From Eledone cirrhosa (Eukaryota), in assembly GCA_964016885.1 (NCBI GenBank), contig OZ024740.1:178436001-178500000 (forward strand): a DNA stretch of 64,000 nucleotides, read 5' to 3'. The notes under the pieces were generated by a model that saw only the letters and a program-made list of their open reading frames with translations, was not told the origin of the DNA and ran no database searches. This document shows positions 11,712 to 25,143 of this stretch, piece after piece. Every line of letters begins with the position of its first letter. Positions within the stretch are counted from its first letter, which is position 1. The position numbers and the translations under genes were made by a program.

Positions 11712-13692
11712 GTAGGAGGTGAGTTTTATTGTAGTACAATAAAGCAATGCAGATATCGGATAAGAAGCACTCTACAGTTTGTAGGACTGGAGTATACATA
11801 ATATAAGATCAAAAGATAGTTAAAGGAGTTCCATGTATTTTATTATGCGCATTTCAAAAACAAACATCATCATGCAATAATATTTGTGTTTTCATCAGAT
11901 AAAACAGGAGAACATGATATGAAGGCTAAAAAACACTTGTGGATAGTGCAGTTTTAAATCAACATATGAAAAGTGGTTTTAGATTGATGTGTGATATTGG
12001 GAAAAATATTTTATTTAGAGAGGGGGGGGGGGTGGAAAGGATGAAAAAGGGGAGGAGATGAGAGGGAGAGATGGGTGATAGAGAGAAAGAGATAGTTTTT
12101 ATAACTGAGAGGAGATATATTGTTTTACATAGAGAGTTTGAAAACCGTTGGAAGATAATGTATAAATTAAAGGAATTTGAAAATTAACGAAGGGAATTTA
12201 TGTATGAAGATAGAGAGAAGAAATAATAATTGTGGATGAATATTCTAACGTCAAAAAAAGGGTATGTTGATAAGTATTGTGGCAATTTCAAAATTAACGA
12301 AGAGAAAAATTATTAAGGTTTGTGTGTAGAAGGATTTGAGAAAAATAATGTGAAGTTAAAGTTTGTATATTGGAGGAATTGATAATATATGCGAATAAGG
12401 AGTTAATATGTATTAAGAATGAGTTCGTTGATGGGGAGAAAAAAATAATAAATTAAGGATGAAATTGAGATTAAAAAGATTTATGATAGAGAGAAAAAAA
12501 AAATGATTGCGGATGAATATTCTAACGTCAAAAAACAGATGCATATGTTATGAAGGATTTTACAAGGTGAAGATAGAATGAGGGTAATGAGTAAACAAGT
12601 ATTATAGAGTGTATAATGCCCTTTAAAGTATGGTAGGAAGATGGGTATATTTTAAAGAGGTGTATGTATATGTGCCTTTGAGAAAAGATTCTAAATTGAT
12701 AAAGAATTGAATATTAACTGTATACTTTGTGAAAAGTTCTATGGAATTTATGCAGGCAGATAGAAAACAAATCTGTACGTCTATTTATTATAGAATCTAG
12801 GTTAGAGATAATGGTAAATTTTTCATTTAGGCAGAGATTACAGATTTTAGATAGAGAGCTGTTCAAGTATGAGGATGCAGAAGAAACCTTCTTCCAAAAG
12901 ATGGTATATTTAATGTTTTTGTCGTTTAAGGACCATATGAGTTCTGAGAGAGCAGTGTTGGTTCTTTTAAGTTCTTCGTTAATTTTGAAATTGCCACAAT
13001 ACTTATCAACATACCCTTTTTTTGACGTTAGAATATTCATCCACAATTATTATTTCTTCTCTCTATCTTCATACATAAATTCCCTTCGTTAATTTTCAAA
13101 TTCCTTTAATTTATACATTATCTTCCAACGGTTCTCAACCTCTCTATGTTAAACAATATATCTTTCTCTCAGTTATAAAAACTATCTCTTTCTCTCTATC
13201 ACCCATCTCTCCCTCTCCACCTTCACTCTCATCTCCTCCCCCTTTTTTTCATCCTTTCCACCCCCCTCCCTAAATAAAATGCTTTTTCCTCGCACATATC
13301 CTCCTTTCGTTAATTTTCAAATTTTTTTAATTTATACATTATCTTCCAACGGTTTTCAACCTCTCTATGTAAAACAATATATCTCCTCTCAGTTATAAAA
13401 ACTATCTCTTTCTCTCTATCACCCATCTCTCCCTCTCATCTCCTCCTCTTTTTCATCCTTTCCACCCCCCCTCTCTAAATAAAATATTTTTCCCAATATC
13501 ACACATCAATCTAAAACCACTTTTCATATGTTGATTTAAAACTGCACTATCCACAAGTGTTTTTTAGCCTTCATGTCATGTTCTCCTGTTTTATCTGATG
13601 AAAACACAAATATTATTGCATGATGATGTTTGTTTTTGAAATGCGCATAATAAAATACATGGAACTCCTTTAACCATCTTTTGATCTTATAT
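11712..13692. mobile_element. PLE family 2: head-to-head inverted pair of 3' ends (GIY-YIG C-terminus at ~12714-12975 on -)
   Basis: TALSELIWSL..KICNLCLNEKFTI..IINRRTDLFSICLH; arms 11795-12300 and 12978-13690 are reverse complements; homologous to 36272-39990. Confidence 0.85.
13588..13656 (+). ncRNA. Type I hammerhead, palindromic stem III ATGCGCAT
   Basis: GTTTTAT CTGATGA [stem II] GAA ATGCGCAT A ATAAAAT. Copies at 11837-11905(-), 39887-39957(+), 60695-60765(-), 60804-60874(+). Confidence 0.85.
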
Positions 13693-13914
13693 TATATATA
13701 TATATATATATTCGATATGTGAATAATCACAGCTGCAAATTGTTTTACTTCTGTTTAGAAGAATTTCATTTTGCCAAATATCAATCATGGTGAATTTGTA
13801 CATATAACCATGCTAAGGATTGTTGACAAACATAAACACATTAAATTACAGAGATATGGAGGTTATATAGACCTGCTTCCACACAGTTTTGTCTACTAAA
13901 TTCTTCTCAAAAGA

Positions 13915-14096
13915 TAATTGTTTCTACTTTTGGCTCAAGGCCAGCAAATACCCACTGTATTACTGGTACTTTATTTTATCGATCCGGTAAGGATGAAAGT
14001 CAAAGTTAACCTTGGCGGGATTTGAACTCAGAATGGCAAGGGCCGTAACTCTACGCGTCAAAGCATGGCGTCCGACCCTCTACCGATACTGCCAAT
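13915..14096 (-). mobile_element. tRNA-derived SINE
   Basis: Reverse complement of the SINE consensus. Confidence 0.88.
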
Positions 14097-14115
14097 AGAA
14101 GATAATATCGGCCAA

Positions 14116-17100
14116 TCAGACGTTATGAGTAGAAACACAGAGAGTAATCGAATCCGGAACGACGTACTTGTGGAATGAACCTCTCAACCCCGGGATCATG
14201 CTTGTATTCATTATACAGATACTCACAATATTGTTTATAGCTCCAAATGCAACAGCTTCTTCCACCTCTCTTGCGTCAAACTCACAAGGCGCATGTCGGA
14301 CTCCTGCACCGGTGGCACTGCCCATCATGCTTAACTACCCTGACACCGCAGGTGGTCACGGGCGCCCAACCCAACGGAGACCTGAAACCACTCGACTCGG
14401 AGGATGTCTGGTAGCGATCTCCCTCCTCAGGCAGTCGCGGAGAGTCATCACCAGGATCTCCAAGTCTGCCCGCACTCTCGTGGCTGAAACACAATCGACT
14501 TCAATCGACCGAGCGCTTGACTCGGGCGATCCACGGGACTGGACCGAACTATTCAGTTTTGCTACTCTCGTACTCGGGATCCCGTTGATAGGGAATCCGA
14601 TGAGGAGAGACAGGTCTGACCCTCCCTGGCTTCGAGGCTCAAGGGCAATGTCGCCTCTTCCTGCGACCCTTCATCCGCGAACCTCTCGGCACACTCGTGC
14701 TGCCCACCAGTGCCAACTCAATGCCCCCAATTCACCCCGACAGCACGAAACATCTCAAACTAATTGAGGGCGACGTTCGTGTGCTGGCCTCAAGCGACGC
14801 TGAGCTCAGACCAACAAAAGATGTTTTGTCAGCGTTTCGGCTCAAACATCCGGACTCTTTTGCCGACATCCGGGACGCTCCAGACCCGGCCAGCAATCTC
14901 TCCCCAGCAGCGTCCAGCGAGGACGTGGTAGCCGTCCTAAGATCTTTTCCTGCTTGAGCCCAAGTCACCTCCGAGACCTCATCTCGTCTTACGCGGCGGA
15001 AGCAGGGGCCCGACTGCTCCAGTCATTAACAGCCCTCTCTAACTGTCTCCACTGCACCAGCTTGCCCAGCCATGCCAGCAATCATTTCTTCTCAGCCAGC
15101 CTGACGACCCTGAGGAAGAATGAAGGAGGAGTCCGCCCCATTGTGGTGGATAACGTCATCCGACGACTTGCAGTCAAGAGAGCTTGCAAGTCAGTCAAAG
15201 ACGACTTGAGAGAGGTACTAAGCCCTGTCCAACTCGGAGTGGGAATCAAGTGCGGTTGTGAGGCCGCAGCTCATGTGGGCAGACACTGCATGGAACATGC
15301 GCCTCCCCAGTGACCCCACCTTGTAAAGCTGGACATGACTAACGGCTTCAACAGCGTTTGACAGGATCACGTCCTAGAGACATGTCTCAGACGAACCCGC
15401 TCCATATACCCCACCTTCACTTTTCGCACAGAGAACCAAGCTCACTCATGGCTGCTGACAACAGAGTTACTTCCACCAGAAGTGTCCAGTAGGGGGCCCC
15501 ATTCGGCACGCTCCTATTCGCGCTGGCAATCGATGATGTAGCGCGATGGGTCTGGTCACCACTCAACGTTCTGTACCTCGTCGACGCGATCCTGAGCAGT
15601 CCGGCTGAGATAGTAGTTGAGTACCTTCGACAAATCATCCCAGCTCTAAAGCTCCTTGGACTTGATATCAACCCAACCAAGTCTGAGGTGACCAACATCA
15701 GCTACGGAGAAGCTGAATTCCGCAATGTCGTAATATGCTCCCGTCCCATCCCGGCCGGGTCTGCAAGGGCGCTGCATTCATTCTCAGTTCCCACATTCTC
15801 CCGAAAGCCATAAGAGAATGCCTGGAGACCAAGCATGCGGATTCGACCCGATTAGCCAAGCGGCTGTTCCTCATTGACGCTCATCCTGCGCTCTTCCTCT
15901 TGAGGAACTGTTTCACCCTCGCCAAATTCACATTCACCCTGTTCGGTGCACCTTGCCACCCCCACAATGATCTTCTTGTGGAACTTAATTTCACCATTCG
16001 ACGCTGTGCGGAACTCATCTGCAATGTCAGTTTCGAGAGCGCAGGCTGGCAACAGGCGACACTCCCAGCGAGGTTTGGGGGCCTCAGCCTCCGGTCATCT
16101 TCGGATCTAGCTATACCTGCCTACCCTTCCTCTATCTCCTACTGTCACGCTCTCGTCAGCGAGGTTCTCAGCCAGACGGCTGAATCTGACCTGGCCCCTG
16201 AGATGGAACAAACTCTGGCCTACTGGACAGGTGAAGACCTCTCTATCCCACAGTATACTACGGTCCAACGTAACTGGGACAACATCAATTGCAGGTCTTC
16301 TGTCAGGCGGATCAAGTTGGCTTGGACCAACACCACCTCGCCTGCCTCCGTTCCACTTCTCAGCCCAACAGCGGCGCGCGGCTCAATTCGGTGCCCTCCT
16401 TATCAACTGGTACCCTTCTTGATGATGAGTGCACTCGCATTGAATTAGCCCAACGCCTTGGCCCCTCGTATGTGAGCCTCATAAATGCCGCTGCGAGGCG
16501 GTTGTTGACAAGTTCGGCTTGCATCCTCTGTCTTGCCGCCAAGCGGAGGCTGGTTCCCCCGACACGCCGCTCTCAATGACATAATAACAAGGAGCCTGGA
16601 CGCAGCTGGCTTTCCATCTCAACTGTAGCCAGCAGGCCGAGACCACGGAGATGGCAAGCGCCTCGACGGAATCAAGCTCTTCCTATTTGAAGGGGGTAGA
16701 TCCCTCATCTGGGATGCCACCTGTTGCAAAACTTTCTTCGCCTCTAACTTAGTTGCTTCGGCCACAAACCACGGCATCGCGGCCTGCCTCGCAGAGGTAT
16801 GTAAAATAAACAAATATCGGGGTTTCTCCAGAAGATTCCTTGTCGCACCGGTCGCCGTCGAGAGCTCAGGCGTACTTGGACCCCATACTGCCGAGCTCCT
16901 CCTTAAGATCGGAACGTCGGTAGCCTGTCTGAGGAGGGAGGCCCGTGAGGCTGGTTGGCAGTTGCAGCGGTTGTCACTAGCTATCGCGGGGCGCAGCACT
17001 TCTTCCCCCTTGCCCTAGGCGCAAAGTCCAATCACCCTCCCCTTCACTCCTCCCTTTTTCTACGATACCAGAGCTCTTGCCTTTCCACCCCTTCCCTTCC

Positions 17101-17190
17101 CGTTCTTTTTCTTCTTTCTTTTTCTCTTTTTTCTCTATATTTCCATATTCATTTTTCCTTTTGTTTTTTTTTCTTTTTATATTATTGCCG
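14116..17190 (+). mobile_element. CRE-clade non-LTR retrotransposon (RT + restriction-like endonuclease), decayed
   Basis: GC-rich block translating GGVRPIVV..IRRL, LSPVQLGVGIKCGCEAAAH, KLDMTNGFNSV, WQQATLPARFGGL, RHAALNDII, DGKRLDG, LIWDATC and PVAVE; many stops and frameshifts; pyrimidine-rich 3' end. Confidence 0.85.
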
Positions 17191-17195
17191 TTATT

Positions 17196-17376
17196 ATTGG
17201 CAGTATCGGTAGAAGGTCGGACGCCATGCTTTGCAACATAGAATTACGGTCCTTTATGGTCTGAGTTCAAATCCCGCCGGGGTTAACTTTGCCTTTCATC
17301 CTTGCGTGGTCGATAAAATAAAGTACCAGTAATGTACTGGAATAATTGGTGACCTTGAGCCAAAAGTAGAAACAAT
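17196..17376 (+). mobile_element. tRNA-derived SINE
   Basis: Matches the SINE consensus. Confidence 0.88.
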
Positions 17377-17599
17377 TATTATTATTATTATTTTTACTGT
17401 AAATAAAAAGTTATAAAGTTTACATTGTTATACATCAACTTATTTCCCCTCTCTCTTCTTTCTCTTCTCTTTCTCTCTTAATGTCAACAATGAATAACAC
17501 TTATAATATGAAAACAGAAAACATCCATACACACATATAGACATACACATATATACATATATACACACACTCATGTTTTTATATGTGTATGTCTATACC

Positions 17600-17641
<42 letters not shown>

Positions 17642-18771
17642 TATAGAAATACACAAACACATACGTACACATATAAAGTGTGTGTGTATATATATATATA
17701 TATGCACACACACACACACACACTCACACACATATATAAATATATTCATAGTAATATATGTATTATCGCAAAACCTAAATGCATAGCAGGTGTTACCGTT
17801 TTCCATTTAACTACTAACAACATAAAAATAAAGTGCACTTGCTTGAGCGACGTCAAATGTCAACTAACCATCAAACGAAGTTAACACTCCATGCCTGAAG
17901 CTGATGAGTTTAGAATTGGCACCAACCTGACTAGCAATTCTTTTGAAAACATGTTTCGCAAATCGTATGAAAAGAACCTGAAAGAAAGAAAATAGTTTTC
18001 AATAGTTTCGTTTCTATATTCTCGTATGCCTCACAGTTGACATGTATAAACCTAAAAGATCGATTAGCTGTGTTTAAACATTTTCAGATAATAGTTCGAG
18101 AAAAAAATCCACTAACTATAGATTCTGTGTTATATCAATTACGTATACAAGCACAAGGTCTTAGAGTTAACCCATCAATATATTTTGCGTATTCTTTGAA
18201 ATATTTCAAAGGAGAAATGAAGATGTACATACCTGATAGATCAATTTTGACATCAACTTTATGAAACGTTTTCCTAAACACAACTCGTTGCTGGTCACAT
18301 GATCTTGCCACCTGGTTTCTAATATCCTACCAATGGATTTTCTCATGATTTTACCTCTCAATTCCTTATATCCCAAGTTAGGAAATTTGCGTTAGATATA
18401 GTAGTGGTACTGTTACATAAAGCAATATTGATCTTCCCAAGAATATGCACATTTTACCAGGGTATGTGATAAGAGTTAGACATCTGTAAACAGTTTATAT
18501 TTATGTCAGGTGCTTGTTTCACCTTATTACATCTGACAATTAACAGCAAAGTGTTCGAATGGCAGCTATTATAAGCTGATAAGAGATTTTTTAAACCTAT
18601 AAGGATAAGTAAATTCATAAAACCTAGAAAATTCATATTGCCAATATATCAGTAGTTTGTTAAAATTGTCATCAATTGTGCGGTACGAAATATTATAGAG
18701 GAATTTAATTAATACTGTAGAGGCAATCGCTTTGGCACAAAGAAAAAATATTGCATATGTATCATGAGTAA

Positions 18772-18960
18772 ATAATTGTTTCTACTTTTGGCACAAGGCC
18801 AGCAATTACCCAGTACATTGCTGGTACTTTATTTTATCGACCCCGTAAGGATGAAAAGAAAAGTTAACGTCGACGGGATTTGAACTCAGACCGTAGAGGG
18901 ACGTAACTATGCTGGAAAGCATGGCGTCTGACCCTCTACCGATACTGACAATTTACCGCG
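18772..18960 (-). mobile_element. tRNA-derived SINE
   Basis: Matches the SINE consensus. Confidence 0.88.
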
Positions 18961-19040
18961 CAAGCAATAACCTACTTATTGTTTTAACGTCTAGGATCTT
19001 AGTTTTAATGAACAAAGTGAAATACATACAATTCAAATAC

Positions 19041-19252
19041 GTTGGTGAATTGGTAGTATCGGTAGAGCGTCGACATGCTTTGCGGTATAGAATTAACGGC
19101 CTTTTATGCTCTGGGTTCAAATACTGTCGAGGTTAGCGTTACTTTTCATCCTTACTGAATCGATAAAATAAACTACCAGTAATGCACTGGGGTAGATTTA
19201 ATCGACATTCCCCTCCCCCTAATTGCTGGCCTAGTGCCTAAATCAGAAATTA
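19041..19252 (+). mobile_element. tRNA-derived SINE (longer, more diverged variant)
   Basis: Consensus plus the GGGGTAGATTTAATCGAC..CCCCTCCCC segment. Confidence 0.8.
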
Positions 19253-19512
19253 TTATTAGAAGAGCATAAAGCTTGTATGCTAGACGAACTACTAATCATA
19301 ATTCACTTGCCCATTTCAATAAATAAATATAAAAACAGTACAGAATAATATCTTAGTTTTGGAAAATGGCTTCAGATATATCCTCTATGTTTCTATTTCT
19401 ATTTCTCTTTCACACACACACAAACACATATATATATACATATATATATATAAATATATATAAATATATATACATATATATACATATACATATATATATA
19501 TAAATATATATA

Positions 19513-19878
19513 TAACGTGATATTCCTTGTTCGATCGTTATACACAAAGCTTATATTTTTAAGCAGACTGTATTTTGATTTAGGTGTCACAGGAACTCTA
19601 CATCGGATTTTAACAGCAATTCCGGGAGTCCAGGTCTGGTTATCACTTATTTTTTATCATTTATTTTGTTTTGACCTGTTTAGCTTGATTTGGTTTTTGG
19701 CTTGGGTGGTTAATGCTTTCTTGACCACCTTTTCAGTTTTGTATGGCTTCTTAACACATTGTTTAGCTCTGGTTTTTAACTATTGAGCACTTTGCCAGTA
19801 TCATTTCTGATTTTTTGCGTTTCGCTTCGCTTTTCCTGCCCGCCGAAAATGCGATTCTCGCTGAATCTTTATTTGTAT
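19513..19878. repeat. Unclassified dispersed repeat Y
   Basis: Homologous to 32258-32428, 32678-33030, 34022-34243 and, diverged on the opposite strand, 35688-36270. Confidence 0.7.
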
Positions 19879-19899
19879 ATATAAATATATATACATACA

Positions 19900-20420
19900 T
19901 AAATGGAATAGAATCAAACGAAATTTCATTTCTCACACTTAGTACGGCACTTACTTAAATGTAAGTATGTATGTATACGTACATACATATATGTATACAG
20001 ACGTACAGTAGCATGTATATATATATATATATATACATACAGGCACACCTATATATATGCACGTATCAGTTTACCGAACATTTATTATAATGTTCGCTTT
20101 GTTCGTTTGTAAACAAACGAACAGCCTGATTTACGCCGTACAGTGTTTAGGCAACCACGTCACCTTTTTGTTCAACACTGACACAGGAATGATGTACTAG
20201 TTTCAAGCTTGTTAGCTATCGTCAGCACCGTATACCTTTCTGCCAGATGGTTGAACGTCCGAAAGTTTATACTTTCCTTATGAAAATTAACGGCTGAGCA
20301 GCCTAATTTGCATATCGAGTGAGTTCAGTCGGCCAGGCGCACCGAAAACGATAAATGGAATAGAATGAAACGAAATTTCATTTCTCACTCTTAGGGCGGC
20401 ACTTACTTAAATGTAAGTAT
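19900..20420 (-). mobile_element. Retrozyme X, more than one unit (HHR at ~20184-20242)
   Basis: Terminal redundancy 19901-19975/20353-20425; CTGACGA..GAAACTAGTA on the minus strand. Confidence 0.8.
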
Positions 20421-20481
20421 GTATGTATCGAAACGGTTTGAGCTCTGCCGTCGGGGTCATATATTTTCCCATATACAGTAT

Positions 20482-20956
20482 ATATATGTATTTCAATTCA
20501 TTGATATCAATATAGTAATAATATCGATGTAAACATACACAGGTTTGTAGGTTTCTACGTGTTTCTGTGTGTATGTCCGTGTGTGAGAGTGTGTGGTGAG
20601 TAAGAGGATGAGGGGGAAAGAAAGAGAAAGCGAGAGAGAGACTATGTATATATATGTATAAGTGCACATCAAGACACGTGTATGAAATTAGATTCTGTAT
20701 AATGTGAATATAATTGTTTCTACTTTTGGCACACGGCCAGCTATATCCCAGTGTATTACTGGTACTTTATTTTATCGACCCCATAAGGATGAAAGGCAAA
20801 GTTAACCTCGGCGGGATTTGAACTGAGACAATAAAGGTCCGTAACTCTTTGCTTGCAAAACATGGCGTCTGACCCTCTACCGATAATGTGAATATAATGA
20901 ATATAAGAGTGTTTAAACAGCCTGTAATTTCATATGCATACATCCATATATATGTA

Positions 20957-21028
<72 letters not shown>

Positions 21029-21295
21029 TGTGTCTGTGAGTTAGTTTGTATATATATATATATATATATACACATATATATATGTATTTCAATTCATTGA
21101 TATCAATATAGTAATAATATCGATGTAAACATACACAGGTTTGTAGGTTTCTACGTGTTTCTGTGTGTATGTCCGTGTGTGTGGGTGTGTGGTTAGTAAG
21201 AGGAGGAGGAGGAAAGAAAGAGAAAGCGAGAGAGAGGGGTTGAAAGAAAGAGAGAACGAAAGGGAGACTATATATATATATATGTATAAGTGCAT
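20482..21295 (+). repeat. ~200-bp direct duplication (20482-20667 / 21078-21295)
   Basis: GTATTTCAATTCATTGATATC...GTATAAGTGCA occurs twice. Confidence 0.7.
20713..20884 (-). mobile_element. tRNA-derived SINE with TSD ATAATGTGAATATAAT
   Basis: Consensus match with a flanking 16-bp direct repeat. Confidence 0.88.
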
Positions 21296-21785
21296 ATATA
21301 TATATAAAATGTATATATATATGTGTACAGAAACACACATATACATACACACACACATATATATATATATACACACATATATATTTGCACATATTTACAT
21401 CAACACATATATTATGCACATATAAATCAGCTACCAAAATGATCTAAATTCGCGGTGTGTTGTTCAGCATTCGTAAACATCATCAGAGAATACTGCAGAA
21501 GTTTGTGATTAATATCATTTGTCAGCTTTTGTATTGGAAATATAGGCCAAGTAATAACTGTCCTCTGTCGGTTGCCCTTTTTAAACACTTTATACTCAGG
21601 TATATCGTACTTTACGTGAAGAAAATTCACAACGTTTCATAACATTTGAGCTTTCAGTAGACAAAACATATAGAAAATAAATAAATAAAATGTTGCTTAT
21701 GACAGCCGTATCCCCCCCCCCCCCAACCGCACAAACATACACACATACACGCACACACATATTTATATATACATAGTTACAAATA

Positions 21786-21818
<33 letters not shown>

Positions 21819-21821
<3 letters not shown>

Positions 21822-22492
21822 TAATCAATGTTTAGCAAATAAGAAAAAGTTTTTAAATAAATTTTAAAAGGTTCACTGTACCTGCTGTAATTACCCTTAC
21901 CGTACGGTTTCAAGTCCAAAAATAAATGGATAATCCATGCGGATATCCATTGAAAAAGAAGACTCGCGTCAGAGGGTTCTTTTCACTCGGAGAATATAAA
22001 ATTCCCGAGTTCAAATCACGAACTGGCGCTATTCAAAATTGTTCCCGAGATGAGAGTGAATGATATAGAAGCAATTCTGTCCAGTGCCGTGTGCAAAGAT
22101 AGAAGGCAGAGGCGGATAGATCAATCCACTGCCACTAGAAATAGCAGAAGTTAAAACGACCAAAATGTTATCTCTACCAGGGGAGGTTAATAATAATAAA
22201 GTATGTATCCCTAGATGCAAAATACATATAGGGACACATGTATTATCCAACCGTATGCCAATGTGGTTCTATGGCAGGTTAATAAATTAACGAGCCAGAA
22301 CATATATAATCAAGGTTTAGCAAATAAGAAAAAGTTTTAAAATAAATTTTAAAAAGTTCATTGTACTTGCTGTAATTACCCTTACCGTACGGTTTCAAGT
22401 CTCAAAATAAATGGATAATCCATGCGGATATCCATTGGCATACGGTTGGATAATACATATGTATTTTGCATGTAGGGATACATACTTTATAT
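21819..22492 (-). mobile_element. Retrozyme-like element D: 485-bp terminally redundant unit plus short inverted arm (22433-22490)
   Basis: Direct repeat 21830-21952/22315-22436; arm is the reverse complement of 22197-22263; TA flanks. Confidence 0.72.
21893..21977 (-). ncRNA. Type I hammerhead with extended stem II (A9->C)
   Basis: ACCCT CTGACGC GAGTC..hairpin..GACTT GAA ACCGTACGGT A AGGGT. Confidence 0.72.
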
Positions 22493-22609
22493 ATATAAGC
22501 AAAGAGATATTATATTTGTTGGTAATTCCACAAATATATTTATAACAGATTCTAAGCACTCGTTAAGGACCGATACCTAGGTATGTCACTATTTATAAAA
22601 CAAATTTTG

Positions 22610-22670
22610 TATTTTATCTGATGGGAGGGTACCAAAGTTTTGGTACCCTTGAAATATATATAATAGAATA
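22610..22670 (+). ncRNA. Type I hammerhead (family H; A9->G)
   Basis: TATTTTAT CTGATGG GAGGGTACCAA..TTGGTACCCTT GAA ATATATAT A ATAGAATA. Confidence 0.75.
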
Positions 22671-22734
22671 AATATGGTTTTATAAATATAGTTTTCATTT
22701 ATTAATATCATTGATATATATATATATATATAGT

Positions 22735-23950
22735 GTCTGTGCAGTATACTTCGTAAGAAAAGCTTTTTAGCCCAATTTGCAGAACGCTTAATTTAAGGGA
22801 GGTCTATACAAAATTCAATTAAATGCACATGTTCATCAATCGAATACGTGCGTTTCGCTGTGGTATTATCTCCGCAGTGCGTCTGTTTTACAACTTTGAA
22901 ATGTATATTGACAAGGTTTGAATTCTACTAGAGAGTTCTTTTGGAAGAGGAGAGGTTTTGTGGTGTTCGTTTGAATGTTATATAAGTTGGTAAATATTTA
23001 TTTAGGCTTTAGGTAAAATAGGAAGAAGTAATTTAGAATCGGGGAACGTTTTATGTAGGCTGGAAAGATATAGCGAGGTATTTACCTAAAAGGTTTCTTG
23101 GGTGCTAGATAGATGTTATAGAGGTTAGAACATTAATTGAGGAGTCATCTTTGTCTTATTTAGTGTGTGAGAAAGCTTCTACAGGGGTGTACATTTTACT
23201 ATAACCAGTGGGAATAAGCACGGAGTGCGAGGTTGTGGCTGTTCAGTGATATTCGGGGTTCTTCAAATTATGTGGGATGTATTTCAACGCATGGAGGCAA
23301 ATGTTGAAAAAATTGGATCTCTTATTAAGGCATGTTATCGTGGCATGCAACCATCTTAAGATGGTCTATCATTATCGTCGATCGTTCCACAATTTACGTA
23401 TTCGTCCTGTTTAGGTAAGAACTTAATTTTCCAAGGATATTTTATTTAATGGAGAAGTCCGCGCCTGCATCATTGATGGACCTGACGTGACATGCTAGCT
23501 CCATACCTGTTTGCCTAAATGTCATCTCATAGTTGAGGAAGCGGCAATTGAAGTGGTCCTCACACATAACCACATGATCTAATATCGGGCTGCTGATTCG
23601 GTTGGATGGAAGTTACCTCAGCTTCATAATCGATCGCGAGTGTGTTACACTGCTGATCCAGAGGGCATGATTCCGGCTTTCTACAAGAGCATCCCGGTGC
23701 GGGAGCGTTTTGTGTTTGTTGGTGATCTGCTCTTTCATGATTTTCTCACAGGGGTAGCCATTTTCCCTGTACATGTATATCGTTTAAACATTGGTCTAGC
23801 GGTACCCATCTTTTTCCTAGAAATAGATATGTAAAGGTATTTAATTATAGAATATATAAATGTTATAAGAACTCCCAAGTTATCCCAGCAAAAGTAATTC
23901 TTTAGACATTGGATACATAACACAATCTGGAAAAAACTCCGGAGAATCTT
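22735..23950 (-). mobile_element. Decayed PLE (GIY-YIG region + 3' UTR with degenerate HHR at ~22838-22895)
   Basis: Minus strand gives GCSCRKPESCPLDQQCNTLAIDYEAEVT and NKRSNFFNICLH. Confidence 0.65.
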
Positions 23951-24561
23951 ACATACATACATACACACATACATACACACATACATACACACATACATAC
24001 ACACACACACACACGGGCACATATAGACATACACACATGCTCACACGTACATACGCACACACAAGCACTCACTTATATATACATGTAATGTATGCATCCA
24101 TTCTGACATCCACACAGACACACAAACAACTATACATGCATAGTTATGTATTTCGAACGCTATAAAAAAATCTGTCATTTTAATATATTTTCATTGCTTT
24201 TACAAGTCTAACTCTCCGTCTCCACGTGTTATTATTATTAATGTACATACAGAATTAGTAGATGTCTAAAGTCGTTGGTGCTGGTATATAGTTATCTCAT
24301 TTTAAAAGAGCACTTAGTGTTTTTAATATATAGTAAATATATAGATCAATAAATACGAGTCATTTAAACTAGTAAAAAAAGCAGTAAATTTAATTTCATA
24401 TTTATCATTTTTTTCTTGGTGTCAAAGTTTTCGTTGCTTTATATGTCACAAGGTCGCCGTAAGTGTTACAAAAATGTTCATACCAAGAAATGAATTTAAA
24501 ACTGTTTGTAAGTTTCTGAATGACGCACAATTTGAGATCAAGTCACTTTCAAAATAAGTAC

Positions 24562-24707
24562 ATGTTTAGAAGATTTTCTTTAGTCAAAGATCTCACGTGT
24601 ACATATGCTTTTGAGAATATATATCTCTGAAAAAACTTACACTGCTCTAGTTTAATCTTCTGTTGCATTTACATAAGATCTTTGATTAACGAAAATCTTC
24701 TAAACAT
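24562..24707. repeat. ~32-bp inverted repeat with ~80-bp spacer
   Basis: ATGTTTAGAAGATTTTCTTTAGTCAAAGATCT / AGATCTTTGATTAACGAAAATCTTCTAAACAT. Confidence 0.6.
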
Positions 24708-24879
24708 TTTCAAATCTTTCTATGATAAATAACGAAACGAACTGCCATATGTTCTATAAGAAATTTTTTTTGCCAAACCATGCTATAACCAATTAACAGA
24801 TTTAACATATGTCAACATGCTTGTTGCAGAACACTGATAAACCACAATGAAACGCCCGTAGCGATGTATATATAAATAA

Positions 24880-24968
24880 TAATTGTTTCTACTTTTGGCA
24901 CAAGGCCAGCAATTACCCAGTACATTACTGGTACTTTATTTTATCGGCCCCGTAATGATGAAAGGCAA
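24880..24968 (-). mobile_element. SINE 3' fragment
   Basis: Matches the SINE tail. Confidence 0.8.
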
Positions 24969-25050
24969 TATATAAATAATAATGATACACATCCTTGGTC
25001 CTTTTGAATTTTGTATTGAATTCTGAATTGCATACACACGCACATACACA

Positions 25051-25143
<93 letters not shown>

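Noticed and set aside
18080-18600. Old PLE RT fragment on the minus strand
   Set aside because: Only vague motif resemblance; too decayed to support.
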